Assembly: GCF_018977255.1 (NCBI RefSeq)
Contig: NW_024704742.1
Location: 34,474,001 to 34,538,000 of the forward strand
DNA: 64,000 nt
Direction of reading: 5' to 3'
DNA from: Callorhinchus milii
Taxonomy: Eukaryota
Below the pieces are notes generated by a model. That model had not been told where the DNA came from. It saw only the letters and a list, made by a program, of their open reading frames with translations, and ran no database searches. Shown here one piece after another: positions 45,263-59,812 of the stretch; the stretch's first letter is position 1; each line of letters begins with the position of its first letter. The position numbers and the translations under genes were made by a program.

Positions 45263-46453
45263 GATGTGATCTCCGTATTCAACTTTTCTAATGTTTTGTT
45301 TGACAGCCTTTCCAGCTCTACCCTCCACATATTCAGACCATCTAGAACTCCACAGTCCACATCCTCTCCTGAACCAGGCTCCCTAACTCCCAGCAACTTT
45401 AAAATTGTTGCCTTTATCTTCACATGGCTCCATGGCCTGTGACCTTATTCCTTTGGCTATTCTCTCCTGGCCATCAACTTTCCCCATCATCCACCTTTCC
45501 CTTCCTCTGGATCTCTCTTTCCAAAACCATCTGCCTGTTCCCCACCTCGGTTTTCAAAACCTGCCTAGAAACCAGTTACTTTGACTTTGGGCTTTTAGCC
45601 ACCTACCTCTCCTATCTCCTTCCTATGTCAAGCTTCCTCTTAGTTTTTGTAAAGAGCTTTGAGACGTTCTCCCTTGAAAGGTATATATAGATACCAAATG
45701 TTGTCGTTGTTGAAAGGTTAAAAGAACATCATCAGGAGCAAAAGTCTGCCTGATTTTCCCTTTAGTAGCCTGAAGCCAACTGTACTGCCTAATTTTGTTG
45801 CCAGACTACAATAAGCTAACTCAGCGATGAGATAGGACATCGAACAGGACTGCACAGTTTCAGGCTCATCAGTAGATGTAATGAATGACCGAGCCAAAGA
45901 AGGAAGGTGTTTAAACAGCTCCCAATCCACCTGTTCTGCCAAATTGAGATAAAATGTAAAAACTGCTGGCTCATCTTGACCTTTATATTGACAGCAGTGT
46001 CATGGACTTGCAGGCCAACTTTCTAAAAATAATAAAGGTGCTCCTTCCTCTTGCTGCCCATCTCTTTTCTTGGGGATTTCATTGGTGGAGACGGCATTTG
46101 GCTGTGATAACACTGATGGATCCTCTACAAATAACTAAGGACGTTATTCTCGAGCACTGTTAATATTGTGATATTTTTAGAATATTAGCAAATGCTGATT
46201 TAAAGTTATTAATTAAAAAAAACTTTGCCAAATTGATGTTTTTAGTCAATTTTCTTTTAAAATAAGGTATAGTTATCAAATTGTGAAACCAAGTGAAAAC
46301 ATAAAGTAGCTGAGGAGACGATTTGAGAGTGCTCAAGCCATCACTTTATACGTAGGGCAGAATAGCTTAGAAGCAGCTGTCTCCATTCTTCAGATTTCAT
46401 GTCATTGGTGGGTAATTTATCACCAGTAACTGTGCCCACAGGAGCTCCGCACA

Positions 46454-46816
46454 TAATAATAATAATCCTTGCTTTTGATATAGTGCCTTATCACGTCTTC
46501 AAGACGTCTCAAAGCGGTTCACAAAATATACTGGAAAGTGAACTGACTGTACATTTTGTGGGTGAAACGCAGCAGCCAATTGCGCACAGCAGTGTCTCAC
46601 AAACAGTCGTCAATTGAGTGACCAGTTTTTTTAAGGCATTATTACCCCCGGAAAAGCGATCCACCAATCGACTAACAACCGGGTTCCTACTTACTGCTAG
46701 GTAAACAGAGGAGTGTGGAGTAAGGAAACTTGCCCAACATTCTGTCATGCCCGGAATCAAACCCAAGTCCTCTCGCTTGGGAGGCAAGTGCTCTAACCAC
46801 TAAGCTACAGGACTCC
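46454..46816 (-). mobile_element. tRNA-derived SINE, long subtype, full length
   Basis: Reverse complement runs from GGAGTCCTGTAGCTTAGTGG to the (TTA)n tail. Confidence 0.9.
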
Positions 46817-48525
46817 ATAGAAAGAATTTGTATCTTCTCAGTGAGTTGGCTTGATTGGAAAGTTTTGTTCTCATGAACCGGAATTCAACTTGAAGAGCAC
46901 TAAAAGATTTAGTGTCTCCAGTGCTGACAATCTACAGGTGCCTTTAGATTCTCTGCTTTGCCAGGACTTGAATCCCTTGTCCTGGACTGCAGGAAGGTGC
47001 AGGGGTGATGGTCCACATCTCACTATACTTGTGATATTCTGGGTTTCTGTAGGTCAGGTTAGTCATTCGGTGTATTTTTATAGCAGTTATGAAATCTTTC
47101 ATTAAATATTGCACTATGATATGATAATCTATATCCAATGACTGTATGGGGAATCATGCTTATCAGAAACCTTGTTACAAACTATAGTACCATTTCAGAT
47201 AACTTATTTTCTGTCTCATCAGTTTCACAACTATCCTAAAAATAGTTTAGGTGCTTTTCTCAGAGGTAAGTTTTCAAATTAGCGATGTTCAGAACATTAA
47301 TGTTAATATAGTTTTTCATTGAAACAAGAACACTGTATAATGAAATACACTTGTGTTAACACATATCCTGTGAAGTGCTTTGAGACCACTTGATGATGTG
47401 ATAAGGCACTATATCAAATGTAAGGATTAGGAAAATTATGATTCACTTGGCCTTGAATGTTTAAAGGACTTTAACTATCTTTCTTAAGGATTGCTGATAT
47501 CGGAATAATTTTGCTTCCTGCAGGAAAATAACAATGATGGTCTAAAAGACCTTTGTGCCAATTGCATAGTATAAGCAGTAAGCATTTGTCAATCATTATA
47601 TCACAGGGAGATTTAGATGAAAATTAATTAATCTTACACCTCATAAATATCCTTTGTACGCTCTCACTGCAGCATCAAGTTGTTTCTAAGATGAATCCTA
47701 GGTCCTTGCCCAAATCACCCATTCCGGTAACTCATTCCTGCCATTATCCTCTGTATAAAGAAATACTTATTAGTGTCAGTTCTAAAATTGCCTTTCAGTC
47801 TTGAACCTGTGACTCTTATCCTAGTGCTCTTTCGTTTTTGGCAGATGGGTGTCTGACACATGTGGAAACCTATCACTGTGCTTAAGAGTATCCAAACCAA
47901 ACTGAAAGTTCCACATATTTATATCATTGAGAAAGTGGATTGACTGTATGTTTTGTGCGTGAATGTGGCAGCCAATTAACCCACAGCAGTATTCCACAAA
48001 CAGCCTTAGAGTGAATGACCAATTTTATTTGGGGGTTTACAGAACTTTGGTTTAACGTCTCTTCCAAAGGACAGCACCTCCAACAGTGCAATACATCCAC
48101 AGAACTGTATTGGAGTGTCATCTTAGACTACATGCGTTCTAAGTGCTCATGTGGGCCTTGAACCCACAACCTCTGACTCAGAGGCGAGAGCGTTACCAAC
48201 TGAGCCTTGACACATGCAGTCATGTGCATAGCAGGTGAACAGGAATAAAGAGGCCAGATTCAGGCACTTTAATAGTCAGGTAATCGTCTTCAGAAATTTG
48301 TAAATCATTAATGTCAAGATAAGCGCTTTTTCAAATAATTTAACCTTTCTGTTAGAAACCATACTTACTGAAGCACACACACACACACACATGCAAACGT
48401 GTCTGCACATATACACACACAAACATATTTATACATACACAGTGACAGTAACAGATAATGAAGAGAATAGGTTAAAAAAATGAAGACAGAGTCTCAAAAC
48501 AGGCAAATATCAACTTATATAATAA

Positions 48526-49828
48526 AAACACTATGAAAAAGCAGTCTATCCTGCAATATAAATAAAACGTGAAGTAATCCACATTGTACCATATCCAATA
48601 TCCTGTTCACAGCACATTATGTGCTGGTCAAAGTATTGTCTCTTTGTCAGTAGGTACTGAATATATGTAGTCATGACACTTGGCAGTAATCTTTTAATAC
48701 ACATGATCTATATTGTCTTGCCCCTTTAGAATCATAAAGACAGCAATCATGTTGCCTTTAAATCTTCTCCAGATGAACAAGCCCAATTTACTTAGTCACT
48801 CCTCATAGTCCAGTCCGTCCATTCCCTCAATCATTTTGCTTGCCCTCCTCTGTACCTTCTCGATTTCTGCAATATCCTTTTTGTACTGCGGTGATCAGAA
48901 CTGTATACGGTACTCCAAGAATGGACTCAACAATGACTTATACAGTGACAGGAATACCCCATTATTTTGGCTAGCCATTTATCTTTTGATACATCCCAGC
49001 ATCTGGTTTGCTTTACTCACTGCCACAGAGCATTGTGGGAGGGTTTCAATTTATTGTCAATCGGATAATTATTATTATTATTAAATACTGCTTAAAATTC
49101 CAAATATTTGTAGAAATCTCTTCTGAAAGCTATTATCAACTTTGCTTCAGGCAAGATTTTTAGCAAGTAAATTTTCTGCTAATTTGCTTTGACATAAAAT
49201 TGGATAGTCTTACTTAAAAGCGCACAATAGTTCCTATTGTCAGCCTGGCTCACTTGCTTGTACTCTCGCCTCTGAGTCAAAAGATTGTGAGTTCAAGCCC
49301 CACATTTGGGACTTGAAATTCATCATGCAGTATAAGCTGCCACTCCAATATAGTGCTGGAAGTGTGCTGTATTGTTGGAGATGCTCTCCTTTGGATCAAA
49401 CATTAAACTAAGGCTCTGTCTGACTGTTCAGATGGTATTACGTAGCTAAGTGAAGTCCTGCAGCTTAGTAGTTAGAGCACTCCCCCCACAATTGAGAGGA
49501 CCTGGGTTTGAGTAACTGGCAGGGTGAAACTTTAGGCAAGTTTCCAGTAGGAACCCAGTTGTTAATCGATTGGCAGATCACTTTTCCAGGGGTTAAGAGC
49601 AACGGGACGCTAGCCAGGTTGTTGGTAATAATTCCGTGAAAAAAAAAGAAACACTATGAAAAAGCATTCTATCCTGTAATATAAATAAAACGTGAAGTAA
49701 TCCACATTGTACCATATCCAGTATCCTGTTCACAGCACATTATGTGCTGGTCAAAGTATTGTCTCTTTGTCAGTAGGTACTGAATATATGTAGTCATGAC
49801 ACTTGGCAGTAATCTTTTAATACACATG
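48526..49828 (+). repeat. 180-bp direct duplication (48526-48705 and 49649-49828)
   Basis: Hand alignment: 3 mismatches, no gaps. Confidence 0.95.
48720..49050 (-). mobile_element. CR1 LINE fragment
   Basis: Reverse-strand LYKSLLSPFLEYRIQF-type ORF2 C-terminal sequence. Confidence 0.65.
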
Positions 49829-51439
49829 CATTTTACTGAGAAGAGAGAAAGGTAATGTACAGTATACCAGTATATATCAATAAGATGTGCTATTCATGGT
49901 TTCCTGAAGGTGAAATCACTTATGAATATATTAATAATGATCCTTGCATTTGATATAGCACCTTATCATGTAATTGACAAGTCCTAAAGTGCTTCACAGA
50001 ATACAACAACAACAACAAGATTACATTTGTATAGCGCCTTTCATGTAGGGAGGACATCCCAAGATGCTGAATATATTAATTCTGTCATTTTTAGTAAATG
50101 TTAAGCATTGTCAGTTTGTTACTTTCTAATAGAAACACACTTTTAATGGTAATTTCATTGAAACAAACCTTTCTAATATATTTAGAAATGTGCAGAAGCG
50201 TTTAGGACACAGGGGATATGTAATAAGATAGCCCGGTTGTTGGTAATAATTTCTTAAAAAAATGTAGTCACTCAATCCATGACTGTTTGTGTCCAATTGG
50301 CTGCTGCATTTCACCCATAAAATATAGAGTGAATTCACTTTACAGTATATTCTGTGAAACACTTTGAGACGTCTCAAAGATGTGATAAAGCACAATGTCA
50401 AATGCAAGGATTAATATTATGATTAAAGTTATTGTTATTAGTGAAAGTTTGAATTTACAGTTCTGAAAGACAAAAATGTGGTGACCTCATTTATAATTGT
50501 CTTCCTGCTTTCAGAATAAATGAGCTGAACATGTGTAAGACACCATTTTATCATTAATGGTAACACACTATGCAGTACAAATTATGAAACTTCAACAGGT
50601 ACAAACAGATAATCTTGCTTTAATTCTGCTTTTACCTCTTCTTAGCAGCAATTCCTCCTGCTCTATTTTTAAAAAGGAGTCAGTCATCAGAGTTCCAACT
50701 GTTCCGTGCAAAGTGTGTACCATTTGTGCCAAAATAGTTTCTGGCTCATGCCAAGCTCATTTGGTCCTAATGCATTGTAAATGAGGTAACCACATTTGTG
50801 TTTCACTACTGAAAGAACACAGTTTGGCATTAATCCAGATTGTTTGTTGGTACTTATTTCCTTTGCAAAGGTTGAATAACTCCAGCTTGTTAGCACTCAT
50901 TAAAGGAACTGTCCTCCCTGAGGTTTCATTTGTCATAGAAGAATTGTTAGAAAATATAAATATTCTAGCACAAATAATCTATAAACATTGCTCAATTAAC
51001 TAAAGGAATCTGGATTGATAGTCACATTACCTAGGTTCCAAGGCTGCTGGAATTTGCCATGTTATATTTATTCATTACAAAACTGAGGGATGAGCATTCA
51101 AACTGAACATCAACACACACCCACTGTATGTCTCCCAGTGTCTCTCATTCCCTTCATGTTCCCTGGAATATGCATTCTTCTCCTCGCAATCAACTGAAAC
51201 CAGACAATGGTGAAGTGTTTCCATCAGAATCCACATCAGTAAGTTAAATATTGAGAAATATTGTTGGATGTTTCAACTGCATTGGCATACAACAACTTGC
51301 ACTTATATGGCACATTTCAAATAAGATAAAGCCTTGAAACATTTCACAGGAGCCTCAGAAAGGTTGGGAATAGGAAGTAGGGAGAAGGTGACCAAAGGAG
51401 CAATCATATGGGTAGATTTTTAGAAGCTGAGCAGCGCCA

Positions 51440-51750
51440 GTGGAAGAGGGGATAAAGCTGTAGCTTACAGACCAGGGTCTCGCTGGTTCAAACCCAGAGT
51501 TTGCTGATCTCAGCCAGGCTGCACAGGGAAGTTAATTTGTCCCTGGCATTTCCAGGGTTAGGAAAGGGAATAACAGCAAGGTTTCCTGTTCCTGGTCTCT
51601 ACCATGTGTGGCAGAACATGCTCGGCTGTGATGCTCACTCTAGCTGAATGCCCTACACTCACTGCACTCACTGTCAAGACTCAAATGTGAGAATGGCTAT
51701 TTGTGTTGGATACTGGAGGGCAAACAGTGCTGGTGGAACCACACGTCAGG
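51440..51750 (+). mobile_element. Old SINE of a third family (AmnSINE2-like)
   Basis: GGTTCAAACCC B box, GCTGATCTCAGC, GGCTGTGATGC, CACTCACTGTC. Related copies at about 900-1025, 19330-19690(-) and 25085-25290. Family name tentative. Confidence 0.55.
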
Positions 51751-52197
51751 AAGAGGCCAGGAACAAAGGGGGAAGAAATATTGCACAGAAGAAAATTAGA
51801 AAAGTAAATAGAAACATTAAAGTTTTTTAGGGAAAGTCTTTTAGAAGTATTCTGAAAGCAGCAAGAGAGAGAGAGGGCAAAATGATTTTGAGAATGAGTT
51901 CTAAAGATTGGGGCAAAATGACTTAAAGCTCACCTACTGATGGTGGAAGAAAGGATTGGCAAACTTGAAACAAGCCTGAGTTAACAGAGCAGAAAGAGTA
52001 GACAGAAGTATGTGGAAAGTTAAGTGTGATAGATTTACATGATTTACATAGATTGTACAGTAAATAAATAGGCCATTCAGCCTAACCAGTCCGTGCTGGT
52101 GTTTGTATTCCACATGAGTCAAGTTTCAGTTTTGATAATCTTCAGTTGAAGAAAGTTAAAGCTCACCCAGAACTTAATGTCTGTCAATGTCTGTCAA

Positions 52198-52510
52198 GAG
52201 TCCTGTAGTTCAGTGGTTAGAGCACTCGCCTTGCAAGCGAGACACCTGGGTTCAATTCCAGGCAGGGCGAAACCTTGGACAAGTTTCCTTACTCCATACG
52301 CCTAATAATAATCCCTCCAAAACAAAACAATAATAAATTGGTCATTTTCAATCCACGACTGTTTGTGGGACACTGCTGTGCGCAATTGGCTGCCGCGTTT
52401 TGCCCACAATTATATGGTCAATTCACTTTACAGTCTTTTCTGTGAAGGGCTTTGAGACATCGAGAAGACGTGAAAAGCGCTATATCAAATGCAAGAATTA
52501 TTATTATTAT
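52198..52510 (+). mobile_element. tRNA(Ala)-derived SINE, short subtype
   Basis: Family homology, full length. Confidence 0.9.
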
Positions 52511-54199
52511 AAGACAGCAGTGGAGTCTGCTGTCCATATTACCAAGTCATAACACACAGATGAAGAAAAGTTGGAAACCAAAAATAGAGCCATGAACAGT
52601 ACTGCAAGTGGAGAAGAAGGCAGCAGTGAAAACATAGTAAAAACTGTGGAACGCGTAAGAGTGTAACCAGGAAAGTGTGGAGCCAAGGAGGAGAAACATT
52701 GGAAAAGGCTTGAGCATTGACATTGTGGAAGGCTGCAGAGAGATCAAGGAGCACAAGGAGAAAAAGGAAGAGACAGTAAGCTTGGTGTGGCGCAGCTAGA
52801 TTTGATGGTGGTCCATTAAGCTAGATTTGAGCCACGTGTGCTCCGACAAACAAGCATTTGACTCCTATCTTATCTCCACCATTCCCCCATCACTGCATCA
52901 AGCTGCTTTTTAAATGACTGCAGTGTCCTGGTTTCAATGACATACCTGGCTCTGTTCCAGTCATTGATTACTCTTTAGATCAAGAAAATCTTCCCTGAAA
53001 TGGTTATTTTGAGCATACCAAATTCAAATAATAAATAAGATAAATTTTGAAAGTCTGAGAGGAGCAGCCCCATTATCCAACCAATTGTTCTTTACACAGA
53101 GGAACTTTCCCCTCTTTTTCAAGATTATTTTTATGCTATTGCAATAGGAGCTTTGGTAAACCATTGAGGTTAAACTTTAGCTGATAGAATTATTATTAGC
53201 AATTTTATTGACAAACTTGTGCTGCTTTTAGGCTTGCAGATTCTGCACTTTGCACCCAACGGGTGAAACTTGTCAGATAATGGCTTATCTAATAATTGTA
53301 TGAACAGTACACTGGATGCCTGACCCACATATTTATGTGTTTACTCTATTGCAGCTTGCTGTAAGGTCACATGCGAAACATTAACCTAGCTTTCTCTTTC
53401 AGATATTAGTTTATCTACTGAGGACTGATTACATTTTTTTCTATCCCATAAAGGATCTATCTAGTCTTTAATCTCCAATGCAAAGCCAATATTGATAAAT
53501 GCCTTGGGATAGTCTCCTAAAGTGCAAGATACTATATAAATGTAAATTTGCATTGTACTGTACATTATAATCTACTGCTGGCATCACTGATCATATCTTC
53601 GGGCCTCACCTGCTGCCTACATTCTGTTTTTTACCCTTTCTTACTTTCTCTCATATTCCTTTTTGTTTAGTCAATTGTCTTTCAATTAACTTCCAATCTT
53701 CACTACCCTTTATTGCCTTCTGTCTTTTAAAATCTTACAGTGTTCCTTTTAGGCTACTTTGATTTTATTTGTGCTATCTTTTTCTTGTTCCCTATTGTAC
53801 TATATTACAACAACAACTCACATTTATATAGTGCCTTTCACGTGGGGTAGCGTCCCAGAGCACTTGAAGTGTTAAGTTTTGTTGTTGTTCCATCAGATTT
53901 CATATTTACAATCTTTATTCTTTTCATTTGAATTGTTGGCCAAAAAATCAGTTGTACGTCTTCGAACCATTTGCCAGCTATCTTTGATTTAACAGGTGAG
54001 GTGTTTTGCACCTGCATTTATACAATGTAAAATGTTTCATACGATGAGGACATCTTAAAGCACTTAATACATATAATATTATATATGCCTTGATATTATA
54101 CTGTTATTTATTAATTTCCGAAAAGTAAAATAACTTTGACTGAATGCCTTCTTCCAGACCTTAGAAGAAACATCTGTCATCCAGCCTTGTTATTTATTT

Positions 54200-55035
54200 A
54201 TATATCAGACATCAGGTCCTGGATGAGAGCTAACTTTCTACAGTTGAACGTGAACAAGACTGAGGCTCTCCTGATTGGCTTCCTTCAGCTCCTCCACATC
54301 TCAGGCATCACCATCCATGGATGCACAACCCACCTCACTGAGCCAGTCCAGAACCTTGGCATCGTATTTGACCCACTCTGCCTTCCCCCATCTCTGCAAC
54401 ATCGCCTGTCTCCACCACTGTCTCACCCCTCAGGCTGCTGAAACCCTCATCCACGCATTCTTTACATCTAGGCTCGATTACGCCAACTCCCTGCTGGTCA
54501 GTCTTCCCAACTCTTCCCTCCACAAGCTGCAGATCATCCAGAACTCTGCAGCTCGTGTTCTGTGAGTACATCACCCCAACCTTCGCCCAGCTCCACTGGC
54601 TTCCCATCCCCTAGAGGATAATGTTCAAAATCCTCGTCTTTGCCTTCAAGGCTCTCCACGACCTTGCCCCGCCCTACCTCTGAGACCTCCTGACCCCCAT
54701 ATTAGACTGTCTTCTCCCTCTGCCCAGCAGGCTGTGGCCTGCTCCACATCCACTGCCTGGCCTGTCCCATCATTGGCAGTTGGGCCTTCAGCCTTCTGAC
54801 CCCACCATATCGATCTCTATCCACAGTCCCTTTGCCTCACTCTCTCCCTTACCTCCTTCAAGGCCCATCTCAAAACCCTACGCTTTGACTGAGCCTTCGG
54901 CCAGCCTAGTACCCTCCCTGCCCTCCACCCTCCCCGATCCCGACCCCCAGCTCGGGCCCAAATCTCTGAATGTCCAGTGCCTTGGGATGTCCTCCTGACG
55001 TGAAAGGCACTATAAAATGTAATTTTGTATTGTAT
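54200..55035 (+). mobile_element. L2 LINE 3' fragment
   Basis: [30 protein letters not shown]...[12 protein letters not shown]2 tail. Confidence 0.9.
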
Positions 55036-55584
55036 TGTAACTATATACATTTTTTGACCCTATCAGGCCCACCTCAGTTGCAAATGCTCCACAGGTGTGC
55101 AAAAAGAACCTAAATGAATATCTGGAATACAGCAGCAACCTGAGAAATGAGAGATCCATGCTCCTTAAAATGCAGTTCGAATGTTGCGATGTCTGCATGA
55201 CAGATGTTTCTACCAAGTTCTGAAAGAGGGCATTCGGTCACAGTAGTTTTACTTCAAGGAATTATATCCATCCAATAGTATTTTAAGTTAAACTAAGTTT
55301 ACTTGTGCATCAATTATTTTATGTGTTTGTAAATTGTTTAAGATAATAGCTACAGGTTTGGTGATGCTACAATATTCAGCTTCTCTATATATAACTGACC
55401 CACAGTGGTGAACATACTTAAGGTCTTGTTGCAATGCATTGGGGAGAAGAGGCAAACTGTAAACCTGCAATTCATAATCCACGCATGAAGTACAATGACG
55501 GAAAAACTATAAGTTTACACAACGTATTTTGAACATAACATTTCATTGGGAAAACTGTAGCAGATAAATGCAGGAAGACGTTAA

Positions 55585-56000
55585 GAATAACAACAACAAC
55601 AAAATTACATTTATAGAGCCTCTTTCACGTCGGGCGGACGTCCCAAGGCGCTGGACAGTCAGGGGTCAGGACCTGAGCATGGAGGAGGGGTGGGGTAGGG
55701 GTGAGGGAAGGCAGAGAGGTGAGAGGGCGACTGAAGGTACGATCGAAGAGGAGGGTCTTGAGACTGGCCTTGAAGGAGGCAAGGGAGGAAGCGAGGCAAA
55801 GGGACTGTGGGATGGAGTTCCAGAGTGTGGGCGGGAGACATGGAGCAGGCCGCAGCCCGCTGAACGGATGGGAGCGGGCAGGTTGGTAGGGAGTCAGCAG
55901 GTCAGCGAGATAGGAGGGGGCAAGGCCATGGATGACTTTGAAAGTGAGGACAAGGATCTTGAATTCGATCCTCTGAGGGACGGGGAGCCAGTGGAGTGGA
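55585..56000 (-). mobile_element. L2 LINE 3' end fragment
   Basis: [28 protein letters not shown]; (CAA)n tail on the + strand. Confidence 0.88.
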
Positions 56001-58802
56001 GAAGAAACTGTTGTGTTTTGCATGGCAATTCAAATTCAGCTGAATAATTTTGGCATTTTGGATTAAGTACCTTTGAAGTTGCCTTTTTTAATGTGGTCTA
56101 TTCTTCATTTATAACAGGAAAGAATGGGAGGCCTGGACATATAGGTAGGGTTACTTGTACAGTCTTATTTAATCTAGAGTGTTCCAATATTAATACTTTT
56201 TAATACAATACCATCATAACATCTTACAATTTCACAGAATAATAAGAATCCTTACATTTAAAGTATCACCTTTCATTGCCGTTAGATCTCAAAGCACTTC
56301 ACAGGAATTACTCTAAAGTGAAGGAGCTGTGCATTTTGCAGATGAACAATGAGGTCTGAATTATAACGAAACATAATGATTCTGAATTTCAAGCAGTTGG
56401 AAGAGTAACATGAGAACACTGCTGCAACGTAGACTACTTCCAGAGGAAAGTTCCTATGGATCAATGTGATATGCTTCTATTTACCAGGAGTCACTATTTG
56501 CAACTCAGAATCATTCCAGGTAGGAATCATCACAATACATTTCCCAATGGTTCACATAAGTTAGCAATCACAGCGACTAATCTCACCATAGATAGGCCTG
56601 ACTAAATTATTCATTTAGCATCAGTTGAAGTATTATGTCCAGTTTTGGGCACCTCACTATAGGACTGATATTGACTTGCAACAAAGATTCGCTGGAATGA
56701 TTCCAGAGATGAGAAATTTTACTTATGAGAAAGACTAGAGAAATATTGTTTAATTGTATTGCAGAATTAATAATAATCCTGTATTCTCTGTTCAGATTTA
56801 CTTAACTTTTATCATTGTGGTAGTTTTATCACCTGGTAATTAGCAGATCAAACAAGACATGTTAATAGCAACAAATTGCAATGATTCTCTAAACAACATT
56901 AAACGGAATGGAATTAATGTATCTTGCACTGATTTCAGTTTTGCTTTGCTCTGTTAGTACAGCTATATGTACTTTTTCTTTAATAAAGTGGTACTATACA
57001 CTGTATGATTGCTACATAAACAGGTTACAAATCTATTGGTTTGGATGATTTGACTTTACTAAACCATGTGAGGTCAATATTTTACTAATATTACTATAAT
57101 ATTACTGCACTCCTCTTATTCCACTTGAAAAACAGAATTCAAAATGGAACCTCTCTCCTCCGTTGCTTTGGATTGTCCTGGTTAATTCATGCCTCCTTTC
57201 CATTGTTTGAACTGACAAAATATTTCAAAACTCATTGTACGTATATAATATTTTTCTCACAAAAGAAAAACACATTGAATCAAGAATAAAGGCTTTAGCC
57301 ATCTTGCAAACTAAAAATAAAATGTCGGCAGTTTGAATTCTGGTCTGTTGGTGACTGGTGCTGTAAACAAACTTATTCTATAGCAAAGCACACTATAACA
57401 GAGTCTGGCTGCAGGTCCAGTGGTCACAGCAGCACAGACCCATTGGGTTCCTTCTATGCTGCAAACCTTCAGAATCTTATGTAACCTTCTGTGGTTCTGT
57501 GAGGAATAATTAATAACTCTTAACTCTGCTGAAAGTGCAATTATTCTTTAATTCACTTTAATTTGTTGGTTGTTTGGACTCTGCTTTAATTAGATATCTA
57601 CCTTGATAGGTTATTTGTCACTGAATACTCTGTCATTGCCTCAATTTGTCAATGGGTCATTAATTTATTTTCCTAGAGAGTAGCTTGAATGCCACTCAAT
57701 CACTTTGAAATATGTTTAAAATCACACGACTTTATGAAAAGAATTACTTTTGTTCTTAGTATTTCCCTCCCTTCCTCTGAGATGTTCAGGCAAGTAAAAA
57801 CTAAAATCCTTTTATTTGATATAGTGCCTTATCAGATTGTCAAAAAAAGTTTCACACACATCTACACACATTCACAGTATTGCTGAGTAAGGTGAAAACT
57901 AACTAATAAGGTCAGCAAATGTACTGAGGAATTTTGTCCAGATTGGTGAGTTTGTTCTAACTAAAAAGATTGTATGTATTATTGTGCTGTAGAAAGCATT
58001 ATAAGTTTGAAGTAAAAGAGCTGCAAAAAAATTGATCAATTTGGCGAGATGACCACATAAATTGGGTAACCTTAAGGTGAGATAGTATAAGAACAGGAGG
58101 TAACAATCCGGTGATGAAATGAATAAGGAGCACTGCACAGTTGGAGGGGCTGTCCTTTGCATGAGATGTTAAATTTTGGCCCTGTTGCCTGACCTCAGTT
58201 GGACATTAAAGATCCTGGTGATTCTATCCAAAAAGAAAAGGGGGTTTTACTCTGATGTCCTGAATTACAGTACAATGCTCCAGATTAGAATACTGTTTGT
58301 GGGACCTTGTATTTTTACAGTAGCTTATATATTTTGAAAAAAATGGTTAGACTAATTATTGTCAAATACAATGATGGTATTTCATCTCTATGGGAAAATA
58401 AAACATTTCTTCTAATTCTGTGGATCATCCAATTCTGTGAACTCGCTTGCCTTTGACCTAGTCGCCATGTGAATGCTAGCATTTCAGTGACCATTCAGGG
58501 AATACTGGCTAAATACAACTTTAAAAAAAATTTCAGCTCTCAATAAGGAATCTTGCTAGAATTCCCATTGACCCTCTGAAACACTGCTTCAGAAATAGAT
58601 AGTATCAGGGAACAATTCAGAATGTTTATGTAACACACTTCTGATTACCAGAAGGAGTCCCCATTTCCTTATTAAGGAACAATTACACCAAATCTGTCCT
58701 GCTTGACGCCATCCAATACATCAGAAGTACCACAAATTAGATGCCTGTGTTTCAATAATAGAAATGTTGGATAAAAAAAAGGTTAGATTGCCCTCTGGTG
58801 GT

Positions 58803-59108
58803 ATAATAATAATAATAATAATAATAATCCTTGCATTTGATATAGCACTTTTCACGTCTTCTAGATATGCAAAGTGCTTCACGGAATATACTGTGAAGTG
58901 AATTGACTGTATACTTTGTGGGCGAAACGCGGCAGCCAATTGCACACAGCAGCGTCCCACAAACAGTCGTGGATTGAGTGACCAATTTTATTATTGTATT
59001 TTGTTCTTGAGGGATTATTATCAGGCATGTGGAGTAAGGAAACTTGCCCAAGGTTTTGCTCTGCTGGGAATCGAACCCAGCTTGCGAGGTGAGTGCTCTA
59101 ATCACTGA
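58803..59108 (-). mobile_element. tRNA-derived SINE, short subtype
   Basis: Reverse-complement copy with a long (TAA)n run. Confidence 0.88.
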
Positions 59109-59339
59109 GGAGTCGCTGAATGAGAAATCAAGATTGTTGATACTGTGTCCCGTTGATTTCAGTTACATTCTGCTCTTTGACACACCAGTTCCAATTCAGC
59201 GCTAAAAATGTGCACAAATCATATTTCAGGAGCACTGATTCCAATCTCCACTCTGATGCATCAGCTGCCGTAAAAATCCAGATTATGTAATACCTGATTT
59301 TAACAAAAAAAACTCATATAATAACAATTCTTGCATTTG

Positions 59340-59812
59340 ATTATAATAATAATCCTTACATTATTGTAGCATTCTTCACATCAGGATGTCTCAAAGCGCT
59401 TCACAAGATTTACTGTAAAGTGTAGTGACTGTATGCTTTTGTGGGCAAATGCTGAAGGCAAGTTTGCACCCAGTAATGTCCCATAAACAGCCATGAAGTG
59501 AATAACCATTTTATTTGGGGGATTGTTGGCCAGGACTCCAGGAGAAACTCACTTCTTTTTTTGAATAGTGCCATGAGATCCACCTGAACATGTAAACAGA
59601 TGGGACCTCAGTCCCATTCAAAGTGGAGCACAAAAGGCAAAATACTGCAGATGCTGGAAATCTTTCTTCAGAAAGTATTACACCTCTGGTATTCCTGTGC
59701 TCCACTTGTGCCGAAGTGTCAGCCTAAATTATCAGTTTAAAGTGCCATTGTGGAGCTTGAACCCACAAACTTCGGACTCAGAGCCCAGAGTAATACCAAA
59801 TGAGACAGGCTA
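59340..59812 (-). mobile_element. Deu-domain-type SINE
   Basis: Reverse-complement homology to 1701-2097. Confidence 0.7.

Noticed and set aside
52198..52270. tRNA-Ala(UGC) gene (also at 20239 and 42826)
   Set aside because: The first acceptor pair is mismatched, and each head runs into the same SINE body and tail with no Pol III terminator right after the cloverleaf.
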